A DNA stretch of 64,000 bases, from assembly GCF_004010195.1 (NCBI RefSeq), contig NC_057719.1, positions 41,239,129 to 41,303,128 of the forward strand. Reading direction: 5' to 3'. The stretch's first letter is position 1. The number at the start of each line of letters is the position of its first letter. This DNA is from Chiloscyllium plagiosum. Lineage: Eukaryota. The translations under genes and the position numbers were made by a program. A model generated the notes under the pieces. It was given only the letters and a program-made list of their open reading frames with translations. It ran no database searches and was not told the DNA's origin. Positions 1-11,334 of the stretch are shown here, in pieces.

Positions 1-194
1 GTTGTGAGTTCATGGAATGCCCTGCCAGTAGCAGTGGTAGACTCTCCCTCTTTATGGGCATTTAAACGGGCATTGGATAGGCATATGGAGGATAGTGGGC
101 TAGTGTAGGTTAGGTGGGCTTGGATCGGCGCAACATCGAGGGCCAAAGGGCTTGTGCTGCGCTGTATTTTTCTATGTTCTATGTTCTATGTTCT
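1..194 (+). mobile_element. CR1-group LINE 3' end with (TTCTATG)n tail
   Basis: RT C-terminus VVSSWNALPVAVVDS..FKRALDRHM followed by 3'UTR and a TTCTATG tandem tail. Confidence 0.85.
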
Positions 195-804
195 TTGACT
201 TTAGCCAATGAGGTCACATGGCAGGGGTCACAGCACCCAATTAGGTTAGGCTATTCATCCTGGGTATACCCATCTCCTTTTCAAGGTATGGTGCCAAGGA
301 GGGTCTGGCTGAAACTGGGGAGTACACAAATATAATGTCTCTCCCTATTGTTCTCGCTGAGTACCTCTGAATGGGTTTGGGTCATAATGAATGTCTGATT
401 GTTTATCCAATTGAAGTTGGGCACAGTTGTTTAGGCCAATGGTCATTTGGCTGCAATAATAAATTATGCATATTCATCAGTCTGCTTGTAACATGAGGGT
501 TGTTTTACAAAGTAAAGATTTAAATATGTTTCAAAGTCACCTTTAAATGTGAGTGAACCCGAATTCAAGTTTCTCGAGTTACATTAGAGGCAGAGTTAAG
601 AAATAAATGAATTGGGTGCAGGGTGGGGTTGGGATGGTCACCCCTATCCCCCAGGCTTATTTTCCAGCTCATGAATATTTTAGGCATAAAATGAAGGAGT
701 GTCCAGAGACAAGGTAATGCAGCTCGAACTCAGACTCCTGCAGATCAGAGCATTCTCGGGGCCACAGGAATCTTTGATCATTGATAACATCTATATTACA
801 TAAC

Positions 805-989
805 GTTAAAAATCACACAACACCGGGGTATAGTCCAATGGGTTTAATTGGAAGCACTAGCTTTCGGAAAGCCACTCCTTCATCAGGTCCAAAAGCTAGT
901 GTTTCCAATTAAACCTATTGGACTATAACCTGGTGTTGTATGATTTTTAACTTTGTACAACCCCAGTCCAGCACCAGCAACTCCAAATC
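805..989. mobile_element. Penelope-like terminal-repeat (family A) inverted-repeat insertion
   Basis: gttaaaaatcacacaacacc...ggtgttgtatgatttttaac inverted arms; 12-bp TSD atattacataac at 793-804 and 990-1001. Confidence 0.75.
855..888 (-). ncRNA. Minimal hammerhead ribozyme core (PLE family A terminus)
   Basis: Minus strand reads CTGATGA-A-GGAG-tggct-TTCC-GAAA-GCTA-GTG: CUGAUGA, stem II, GAAA, palindromic AGCU; stem I is truncated at the junction. Confidence 0.55.
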
Positions 990-1786
990 ATATTACATAA
1001 CATTTGCTTCCCTGCTCAATCCTCAGGATTTTACTCCTTCTGACAGCTGCCTTCTAACAGCAATTCCAAGGCTTCAGCCAGCAATCAGAAGTCCGCACAA
1101 TAAGTGCCCTACTCATTTTTGTCACTGGAATGGCTGTCACCAGGGGAATCCGTGCTGAGTGTTCACCCAGGCTGTTGGCTTGCGCCAGGAAGTAATTTAC
1201 CCCTGAAGTTGGACATTGTAGATCTGCTGCTCCTGCCTATGCACTGGAACAGAGAAGAATTCATTAGTCTGAATGCAACAGACTGAATGCACCACACTTG
1301 TGTACCAGGCTCACTCAACTGGTTCCATTTTTTCCCTTGAAGCATGCCTTAGCATTTTGCCATGTGTTTTGGTGCTGCAGTTGTGTATAATCGTCTCTAC
1401 ACAAGTTTTATATATGCACTGGTTACTAAAGCCTCTGCATTACATATACTCCTGTGATAACTGATAAAGAAAAAAATAACTTATTTTTAAGACAATATTT
1501 TGTGAGTTCCCTTTTGGGTTGTAGATTGGAGTTGTATCTTTGATATTCCTGTTCTCCAGTATTGCCTGAGAATTAGCCTAAGAAGAAATCCCCTCTAATT
1601 GCAATTAATTAGCTCATATTCAGTGAATATAGTCCTAGGCTAGATATGGATCCACACAGCACTGGAGTTTAGGACCTATAACAGATGTAATGACAGGCAG
1701 AACTGTTTAATTTTAAATGCAGAGTGCCAGAATTTAACACTAAATAGCTCAATATGAATGAAAATATTTCTGATTGATTACACGGT

Positions 1787-2110
1787 GGGTGGCACGGTGG
1801 CACAGTGGTTAGCACTGCTGCCTCGCAGCGCCATAGACCCAGGTTCAACTCCCGCCTCAGGCGACTGTGTGTGTGGAGTTTGCACATTCTCCCCGTGTCT
1901 GCGTGGGTTTCCTACGGGTGCTCCGGTTTCCTCCCACAATCCAAAAATGTGCAGGTTAGGTGAATTGGCCATGCTAAATTGCCCTTAGTGTTAGGTGAAG
2001 GGGTAAATGTAGGAGTATGGGTCTGGGTGGTATACGCTTCGGAGGGTCGGTGTGGACTTGTTCGGCCGAAGGGCCTGTTTCCACACTGTAAGTAATCTAA
2101 TCTAATCTAA
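1787..2110 (+). mobile_element. HE1-type V-SINE (tRNA-derived), full length
   Basis: A box tggcacagtggtt, B box ggttcaactcc, V-domain gtgtggagtttgcacattctccccgtgtctgcgtgggtttcc, CR1-like tail ending in (TAATC)n. Confidence 0.9.
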
Positions 2111-2369
2111 ACAACCTTTTTGTTGGATCTATATATTCTTCACAGGAAATGAAAAGGCATGTTGTGATTTAACACTTTGTGAAATGTGTGCTGGCCTTTG
2201 TCCTTAAGGGTGACTCAATTACTAGGGGTACAAATCAGGAAAAAGGGACATCTCTTTTGCCAGGTCACTGCCCTTTTTATATTGACTAGGAATTTCAGGG
2301 ATTTTGCTAGCCGCAGACTCAAGACTTCATGGGTGAAGGAGGAGGTGTGCCACTCATTCACCTTTCAGG

Positions 2370-3005
2370 TGAGTATTGAGTCAGACTGGTTATATTTCGA
2401 AAGTGGGATTTATAGAATATTACATGGATTGGCACACACACACACACACACATACACACCTATGTATGTGTCACTCACTCTGTCTCTCCTACACTTGCAC
2501 ACATCTAATTTTATGGGGTGAACTTGTATCTGAAGAATTATATTTGCAGATATGTTCTATATTTGCCCAAAAATGCATAACCTACAGTCAATCCATGTTA
2601 TATTCTATAAATCCCACTTTAGAAATAGAACCAGTCTAACTCAAGATTGGGACAGAGACAGACTTTAACCTCACACCTTTGATATATTGTCTGAGCTGAG
2701 GTGGCACCTTTTGTTAGAAAACCTGAAGTTATCTTGCGAATGTGACTTAAAAGAAATTCTGGAAATTACATATTAGAAAACCGAAACAAGCAAACCCATT
2801 CTAAAAGATGAAAGACTTAATCTAGGTTTATCATTTCAGCTGCATGACACTGTAACCTTTTGCTATAAATTCTGTGTTTTATGGTCCTGCTTCACAACCA
2901 CCTGAAAGCTCTGAAAGCTAGTGCCTCCAAATAAACCTGTTGGACTATAACCTGGCGTTGCGTGATTTTTAACTTCAGTCCAACACCAATCCTCCAAATC
3001 ATTCA
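2370..3005 (+). mobile_element. Penelope-like family A 3' fragment with (CA)n
   Basis: Ends in the same terminus as 805-989 (gaaagctagtg..aataaacctgttggactataacctgg..gatttttaac). Confidence 0.65.
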
Positions 3006-4149
3006 TCCATAACAGTATTGATGGGACTTCCTGACTCCAAATATAACTGCAAACATGTCTTTCTCTACCTGGGTGTATTTACATCCTGCATTAGCCAAAG
3101 TCTTGGATACATACGCAATTGGATGTTCCTCTCCATTGGGTCATCTATGGGTTATTACCACCCCGATGCCATATGGGAGGTATTGCATGTCAATACCAGA
3201 TCTTATTTGGGATCATAGTGTGCGACATTTCAGAGGACGATAGCTGTTTCTTTACTTCACTGAAAACTGGGGCTTGTCTATGCAACTATTTCCAAGGCTG
3301 ACCCTTTTTTTGGAGTTGATACAAAGGTGCCGGGAAGGAGGCCAAGTTATGTACGAACTTTCCATAATAATTTACAAGCCGAGAACTGACCTAAGCTCCT
3401 GGAGAGACTTGGGAGCCGGGGCAACATTGATCATCCTCACGTTATTTTCCAACAGCTGTAACCTGGTCTGGTTGACTCCGTAGCCCAAGTCTCGAATCCA
3501 CATACCAGCAACAACTGCAATGGCTTGCCAGCCAATTTAACCATTTAGTTGAGGCTTAGCTTTGTGTTGGCATTTTCCTGTGGACCAAACTAGAGTCCCT
3601 CTGTTCAGAATATGTCCTGAGTGAGGCTATGCAATTGCTTGCTCTCAAATGGTGTTTCCCAAGCTCAGTTGGACTGCAGGATGTCCACTTAAGTCAGGAG
3701 ATTGCACATCGTGTGTTCCATTTGCTGTCTTTTTCAGTGATAAAGCCGATTGTTCCACCTGTTCAAAGTCTATTTGAGCTTTAACCAGTAGGTGTTTTTG
3801 CTTGGTTACATGATTAATCCCACAAACCAAACAATCTCTAAGTTTCTAATTAAGGTTTAAACCATAGTCACCTCTGCCAGTCATCCTAACCTGGTCAAAA
3901 ATACCAATACGGATTCACCTGGTTCTCGAATTGGCAAGTAAGAATGTCTCAGTTTGAGTCAGCTATCAGAGTGCCTGTATCTCTGACATTCTCCTCTTTA
4001 TCTGTCAGCCAAGACTCCCTTATTTGACCAGGTTATCAATCCCAATCAAGGAACTCATATCCTATGATGTTCAGCTGGCTGACCTCATTATCATCACAAC
4101 ACTATCTTTTAAATTTAAAAGCTTGAAAATTAACTATTTCCACAACTAC

Positions 4150-4400
4150 TTTAGGCTGGTGACAGCCTACCTAGAGACCAGGTAACGTTCTGGGGACCCT
4201 GGTTCAAATCCAGGGTGGAATTTGAATTCAATGTAAACAAAATCTGGAATTAAGAATCTAATGATGACTATGAATCCATTGTTGATCTTCAGGAAAAACC
4301 CACCAGTCTGCTAATGTCCTTGAGGGAATGAAACTGCCATCCCCACCTGTTCTGGGCTTCATGGCACTCCACACCCACAGCAATGTGTTTGACTCTTCTC
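4150..4400 (+). mobile_element. tRNA-derived SINE (second family), diverged
   Basis: B box ggttcaaatcc followed by ggaatttgaattcaat..aaatctggaattaag; related copies at 22275-22505 (-) and 44040-44210 (+). Confidence 0.6.
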
Positions 4401-6190
4401 CTTTGAGCTTGCTCCATTATCTACCACGGCTGATCATCCAATGCAGTATCATGTTGCTACTTCTGTCCCATGCCCATTTTGATCACTTTAGTCCTAAGAG
4501 CTATACCTAACATCACCATGAAAATATTCAATGTTTTGGCCTTAACCACTTTCTGTGGCAGAGAATTCCACAGGCTCACCACTCTCTGGGTGCAGAAATT
4601 CCTCCTCATCTCAGTCACAAATGGGCTTCTTAACCTCTGATCCCTTGCTCTGGACTCCCTGGCCATCAGGAACATGCTTCATGTAATTACCATATCCATC
4701 TCCTGTTCGAATTTTATACATTTCTATAAGATCCCCTCTACCCACCATTCTTCTAACCTCTAGTGATATAGTCTTAATCAGTGTTTCTTCATACATCAGT
4801 CCTGACACTCCAGGGATCAGCTGGTAAAACTTTGCTGCACTCTCTCTATACCAGCAACATCCTTCCTCAGATAAGGAGACCAAAATGCCCATAATACCCC
4901 AGGTGTGGTCTCACCAAAATCCTATACAATTGCAGCAAGATATGACGGCTCCTGTATGCAAATCCACTCCATATGAAATCCAACATACCTTCTTCACCTG
5001 CTGCACCTATATTCTTGGTTTCAGTGATAACTATATAAAATGTCCAGGTCTTACTGCACCTCCACCTTCACAATCTATCAACATTCAGATCATACTCCGT
5101 CGTCCTGTCTTGGCTAACAATGTGATTAGCCTCATATTTATCTACATTATGCTTGATCTGCTATGCATTTTCTCATTCACTCAACTTGTCTAATAACATG
5201 TAGCATCTCAACATCTTCCTCACAGTTCAGAAACATATTGGTAATGTCTGCAAACATAGAGGTATTACACTTTGTTTTCTCATCATAGCCATTAATATAT
5301 ATTGCAATAACCACATCCCAGTGGTACCCCACTTGTCACTGCCTGCCACTCGGAAAAAAAGTCACATTTACTTGTACTCTTTGTTTCCTCTCTGCCAAAC
5401 AGTTCTCCATGCCTGTAGGTACATGACCCCAATCCCATACCTTTAATTGTACATGTTAATCTCTTCATTGTATATGATAATCTCTTAATCATATATGCTA
5501 ATTTCTTACATGGAACCTGCAGATGAAAGCCATTTATTTTGAAAACTCAACATTGGTATTCTATGGGAAAAGCCTTCTGAAAGTCCAAGTAAACCACATT
5601 CACTGGCTTCCCCTCATCAACTCCTGTAGTTATATCCTTGTAAAATTCCAATAGATTCGTCATGCATGATTTCCATGTGAATCCATGTTGATCCAGTCTG
5701 ATTCTGTCACTGTTTTCCAAGTGCCATGCCATTAAATCTTTTAAAAATTGACTCTAGTATTTTACCTAGTGCCGATGTCAGGCCACCCAATTTATAATTG
5801 CCAGTTTTCTCTCTACCTCCTATCTTAACTGATGGGATTACATTAGATTCCCTCTAATCCATAGGAATTGTTTTAGAGTCTAGATTCTTAAAAACTGACC
5901 ACCAATGCATCCATCATTTCGAGGGCCACTTCCTTAACTTTTTGAGATGTTGATAATTGGGTCCTGGGGCTTTATCACACTTCAATCCCATTAATATGCT
6001 CAACACCATTTCCCTACAATATCAATTTCCTGTAGCTTCTCCCTCTCATGAGACCCTGCATTCTCAATATTTCTGTGATATTATTTGTATCAGCCTTTGT
6101 GAAGACAGAACTAAACTATGTTTTTAATTGATCTGCCACCTCTTTTTCCCCCATTATAACTTGCCCAGTTTCTGACTGTAAGACAGTTAG
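4400..6190 (-). mobile_element. Decayed CR1 LINE ORF2 (RT)
   Basis: QHGF..KSCMTNLLEFYKDITTGVDEGKPVNVVYLDFQKAF and MRRNFCTQRVVSLWNSLP motifs, with many frameshifts. Confidence 0.9.
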
Positions 6191-6384
6191 CTTAACTCAT
6201 TTTAACAAATCTTTCTTTCTTCCCAATGATATTTTGCAGTTATGTTTGACTAACATTTCTTAAAAAATGCAAAATAATATCAAAAAGTCGGCATTGTTTG
6301 GCAATCAGCATCTGTGAAGAGAAGGGTTGAAGAGTTTCCCATGTGTAACTTTACATTGGTGCTGTGGGAACGCAGGAAAACAAT

Positions 6385-6531
6385 CATGATTTGGAGATGC
6401 CGGTGTTCGACTGGGGTGTACAAAGTTAAAAATCACACAACACCAGGTTATAGTCCAACAGGTTTAATTGGAAGCACACTAGCTTTTGGAGCACCGCTCC
6501 TTCACCACCTGACGTTGTGTGATTTTTAACC
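6385..6531 (-). mobile_element. PLE family A terminus with short inverted tail
   Basis: Same terminus as 805-989; 12-bp TSD caggaaaacaat at 6373-6384 and 6532-6543. Confidence 0.75.
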
Positions 6532-6769
6532 CAGGAAAACAATGTCATGGTGCAGCTGGACAGCACTGTAAGTTGTGGAGATCTGCAACCAAATTTCTTA
6601 CCTTTCCTAATTTGTACATTTCCGTAGGCTTCTCCCATGTAATTTCTATACCAGTTGTCTATTTACGATATTAATTTCTTTCTTTCAGTTAACTAAAGTC
6701 ATTTGCTAAATCATCGTATGTGCAGCGCTGTCTTGGTTGTTTTATGTACAATATTAAATGTCTGTTTTT

Positions 6770-7025
6770 ATATCCTTGATTTTAATTACTCCACCACTGG
6801 CAGCTTTACCTTCATCTGCTGAGGCAGTAAGCTTTGGAATTTACCCCTACCTCTCTCTCCTTCTCTAAAACATTCCTTTAAATATACCTCTGACTGAGCT
6901 ATAATCTATATGTGCTAATATCTCCTTAAGTGAGTTGGTGTCAGATTTGACTTGGAATTTCCATGAGACAAATTGAGACATTATACTGAGTTAAAGGTGC
7001 AATTCAAATGGAAGTTGTCGTTGCG
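6770..7025 (+). mobile_element. Old L2-like LINE 3' end
   Basis: Resembles 49410-49790 and ends in an aaaggtgc..aatggaagttgt L2-type tail. Confidence 0.4.
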
Positions 7026-8534
7026 TATCTGTTTGTTTCGCCACGGATGCAGCCTGACCTGAAGAATGTTTCTAAAGTTTGTTGCTTTTATTTCAGGTTC
7101 CACTCCTGTGATTTTTAATATCGTTGTATGTGACTGTTGAATTTAACTGAAGCTAGTTCCTCAAACTGCATCTCAGTTAATTCATACACATTTTCTCATC
7201 TCACCCCTGCTCTTTATGAAAACAGAGATACTGACACTTTCACTGAATATAAATGATATGATTTGCTGCATACACCAGCAGACATTGACCTAAGCTCTCT
7301 GCTTCAGCATAGCTGTTCTTAAACAATTACTGGACTGGAATGATACAAAATTAAGTGAATAAGAGAAACATAATTTAAAAATATACATTGATGTTTATGA
7401 TATTGAAAAACCCCAGTTTTTGTGCGGTGGATGGCCTATTTGTTTTGAGATGCTGTACTTTACTAGTCTTCATCAAACATAGTCTGAAATGCATACGATC
7501 CATCACAATATCAAACAATCTTTAGTAGAGCGAATAACTGATCAGTGCAATGATTCAAAATTGAAACATACAAATTTGTTTGCAAGATTATCTGGGTGCG
7601 CCTGTTACAATAGTTGAGTTGTCAATGTAGGAATATGTGTGAAAGAAGAAATAAAATCAGCGGTGATAAAGAATTATTTGAACACATTTGTCATTCCATT
7701 TCACAGTATTTAAGAGATGTCCCTTCAATTTTCCAGCTTTCTTCCTACTCTTTCAAATACAGTGCTGGCTTATGGCTCTCTGTTAGCTCATGCATGTCAT
7801 TGTTTTATATGAGTGAATTTGAGGAGTGAATATGAAAGGTTATTTGAACATTCAACTAAACCTCCAACTCCCAGTCACAAATGTTCTTCCAGCTGGAGTC
7901 TGTTGCCCAACTCAGGATCCTGTTTCGAAATGTGGCATTCCTATTAATACTGAGCTGAAATCATTAGAAGGTCACTAACTGGACATTCTTGAGAAGTTAT
8001 CAAGTTGATCTTTATTTACATATACAAGTCCCAATAATTGAGCTATTGAGGTCGAATCATGTCAGATCTGCCTGCTGGAAGCTTCGTTCCAAATACTGTG
8101 AATCTCCTGTGGAGGCAGGCTGTGGTTCCCTTATTGACCTCCCAGTGACATCTAGGGCACCTGGATATTGGTGTGTACAGTTGGTATGAGCTTTCCAGAG
8201 ATTGCTGGGTACCAAAATTACCATCATAATTTTACAAACTCATTCATTTTCTACTTAAGAGGCACAATCTATTTAATTTTTTTGTGGAAAGCTTGTTTTT
8301 TGTGGTATGGTAACAGTGGTCAGGCAAGGAGCAGGATTGGAGACTTCTTATGTTAGCTGCTCCTAAACCCTGGATGTTTGGTGAGGCCAGCTGCATAATT
8401 GCAAAGACAGGAAATGTAGAGCCCACATCACCCCTTGGCCTCTGGGAAGAGAGGTCAATACTACTTTAACTTTCAAATGACAATGGGTACCTTGTTCCCA
8501 CCCTATTTAGGCAATCTTCTCTCAGGTCCAGATA

Positions 8535-9140
8535 TAAGAACATAATATAAGAACCTAAGGACTAGGAGCAGGAGTGGGTCATCTGGCTCTTCGAGCCTGC
8601 TCTGCCATTCAATAAGATCATGGCCGCTCTTGTCATAGCCTCAACTCTACTTACTTGTCTTCTCACTATACCCCTTAATTCCTTTACTGTTCAAAAATTA
8701 TTTATCTGAGTTTTGAAAGCATTTATTGAAGAAGCCTCAGCTACTTCACTCGACAGGGAAGTCTATAGATTCACAATGCTCTGAGTTCCTGCTCAGAAGT
8801 TCCTCCTCAATTTGGTTCTAAATCTGCTCGTCCTAATTTTGAGGCTTTGCCCTCTTGTCCTAGTTTCCCCCACCAGTGGAAACATCCTCTCTACTTCTAT
8901 CTTATCTATTTCCTTCATAATTTCATATGTTTCTATAAGATCTTCTGAATTCCAATGAATATAATCCCAGTCAACTCAGTCTCTCCTCATAAGTCACTCC
9001 CCGAACTCCAGAATCAACCTAGTGTACCTTCTCTACACCCCCTCTCATGCCAGTGTATTCTTTCTCAAGTAAGGAGATCAAAACTGCACGTGGTACTCCA
9101 GGTGTGGCCTTACCAGCACCTGATACAGCTGCAACATATA
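8535..9140 (-). mobile_element. CR1-group LINE 3' portion
   Basis: (ATAAGAAC)-type tail and RT C-terminal sequence. Confidence 0.8.
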
Positions 9141-9319
9141 CACCTCATGGCCCAGACAAGACATATCAGGCCTTCAAAATTCTATTGAGGCCAATGGCAA
9201 AGGTTCCCAGTCCTACAACTCCACAGTCCTGAATCAGCTCTTTATTATTCTGTTTTAAAATCAGGTATTCTTCAGATATTAAAATCCAATCATTCAATTA
9301 TTAAGAAAAGCTATCAGAA

Positions 9320-10790
9320 TGAATTTTCCCATTTTTTAGCAAAGTGTTGTTTTCGGGGAGATTCATGGTGGGTGGTCATCATGGCCCATATTTGACTTTT
9401 CTCACGCAATCACCTCCTCATCCGATCATTCATTATGTAACTGGACTGTACAGCAGCCATTTCGTGCAATGATGTGGTAGGAGCGGTGGATGTGCTTGCC
9501 GCTGCTGGATCATATAGCTGGCACCATATTGAAACCCCATCTCCTCAGGCATTGCACCCAGCAACTGACCATCACACTGTCGACTGGCAACACTGAAACT
9601 CAGAAACTGTTCCAGAAAGGGAAGTTGGCACCCTGGTTCACCGACAGAAATGTGGAGGAACCTATGGGTGGGAGGGTTGAAAGGAAGGCATTTTTCTTCA
9701 CATTGCCAAAGGAGGCCATACCAGCCTGGACAGAGGAATCGCTTTACTGGGTCAGTGCATTGCCCCTCTCTCCTGAAAGGCCTCTCTGTGTGGAATGAGG
9801 GCTTTGGACAGACACAGGTTCCTGTACAGGTAGTTCTTCTATAATGTGATGATTGTGTTCTTGTGCAACTCTGCATTTTACAAAAATAGCACTTTAGAAA
9901 GAATGCTTAAAGCGTTGGCAATGTAATTGCATTACAGCCAACACATATTTTTAAAATTTGCACTTTAGAAACATTGTCCACAATTCGTCAATCGCGTTAT
10001 AGCGAATTAGTGTTAATGAAACACACTTTATAGTTGAACAATCAGTATGGAGACATCATGGCTGCTTGCAGAGTATCTGAAGCCTAGTTCCAAAAGCTGG
10101 CACTGAAGGTCACAGAGGAGTTGGACATTGATGGAATGCAAGCCCCTTTGGTTGATAAACTCTGCTGGTTGATGACAGGATTCTCTCAGGCTATATGGCA
10201 CTGTACCTGGGCAAAGCTAGTGATGGTGCAAGGTCCCACTGCCTGGGCTGCTAACTCTCTTCATCCTGGGGGAAAGTTACGAATTGATGTAATCTGGAGA
10301 AAATGATATCTGGGGCTGCCTGGGTGTATTTGTGGATCGAGCATTGGGAGATGCTACACAGATCCCCAGTTACTCCTTGCAACAAGCTTCAGGATAAAGA
10401 CTCAGGACTAGCTGTGACATTGGTGGCCACTAGGATGGGAATGCCAGTCTGTCCTTCTGAGTACATGTCCTGCTCCAACAGAGGCTCCTCAGTTATAAAG
10501 GTCTGGTTAATCTTCAGTCTCCACCTATGCTGGTTCTCTGACAGTTGTAGATAATGACATTGAGACCTGTGTATTGGGGCTTTGATTTGCCCTCTGGAGG
10601 CAATGTGGCAGCTGCTGGAGTTGGGCTTGATGATGACATCTCTGTTGATGTCTTCTTTGGGATTGTTGTCTGATTTGTAACAGTGCCACAAGGAACCCTC
10701 CAAGCAGATGAGCTGTCAGATAATCCATGGAGAATGTCAAAAATAGAACAACGTTATTCCTGATCCCTCACATCAATCACAATGTAGTGA
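9320..10790. mobile_element. Decayed PIF/Harbinger element: Myb/SANT-like gene (+, ~9610-9800) and transposase (-, ~10050-10700)
   Basis: + strand KLAPWFTDRNVEEPMGGRVERKAFFF..PAWTE; - strand VATNVTA..LQGVTGDLCSISQCSIHKYTQAAPDIIFSRLHQFVTFP (HARBI1-like N-terminus). Confidence 0.7.
9826..10047. mobile_element. TcMar/Tigger-like MITE nested in the Harbinger element
   Basis: TA-flanked, diverged TIRs (tacaggtagttcttctataa / ttatagttgaacaatcagta); homologous copy at 52947-53164. Confidence 0.6.
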
Positions 10791-11334
10791 CATGTTATGG
10801 CCTCACATAGTGAGGTATGGAGGTTTTGTCTTCGCAAGGTGGTCAATGTCATGCTGAGATAAGAAGATCTAAGTTATGCTACTTTATGCAGACAGATGTA
10901 TCAGAGTCAGATGCTATATTGAATGAGTTAACTGTAGCCATTCTTCATTGTGAAGGCATGTGCTCTCAGAAAAAGCCATCCTTGAATCTCACACATGTAC
11001 AATTAATATCACTATGTCCTTGATGACCTTTCATTCTCCCCCCATTTTAATACAGCCCCTTTATATCACGTTTACTGTTTTCGATTTAATCTCTGAGCTT
11101 GTGGCTTTGGGAATTGACTTTTCTTTGTTGGCCATTCATTTTCCTCATATTGAAACTAAACTAATTGTAAAGTCTACAAAACACCTCTTCCTTGTATCTT
11201 CCCATCTCTCCTATACTGTGTTAAAATTCTACCTTTAATCATCATTCCCTCAGTGTCTGAATCCAATCAACCCAACCCTGGATCAAAGCTTTCCACTTTC
11301 CTCAGAACTGCATAGACTGCCCCCGATCCACTTC

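Noticed and set aside
1787..1860. tRNA gene
   Set aside because: The A/B boxes continue into the V-SINE body; this is a SINE head
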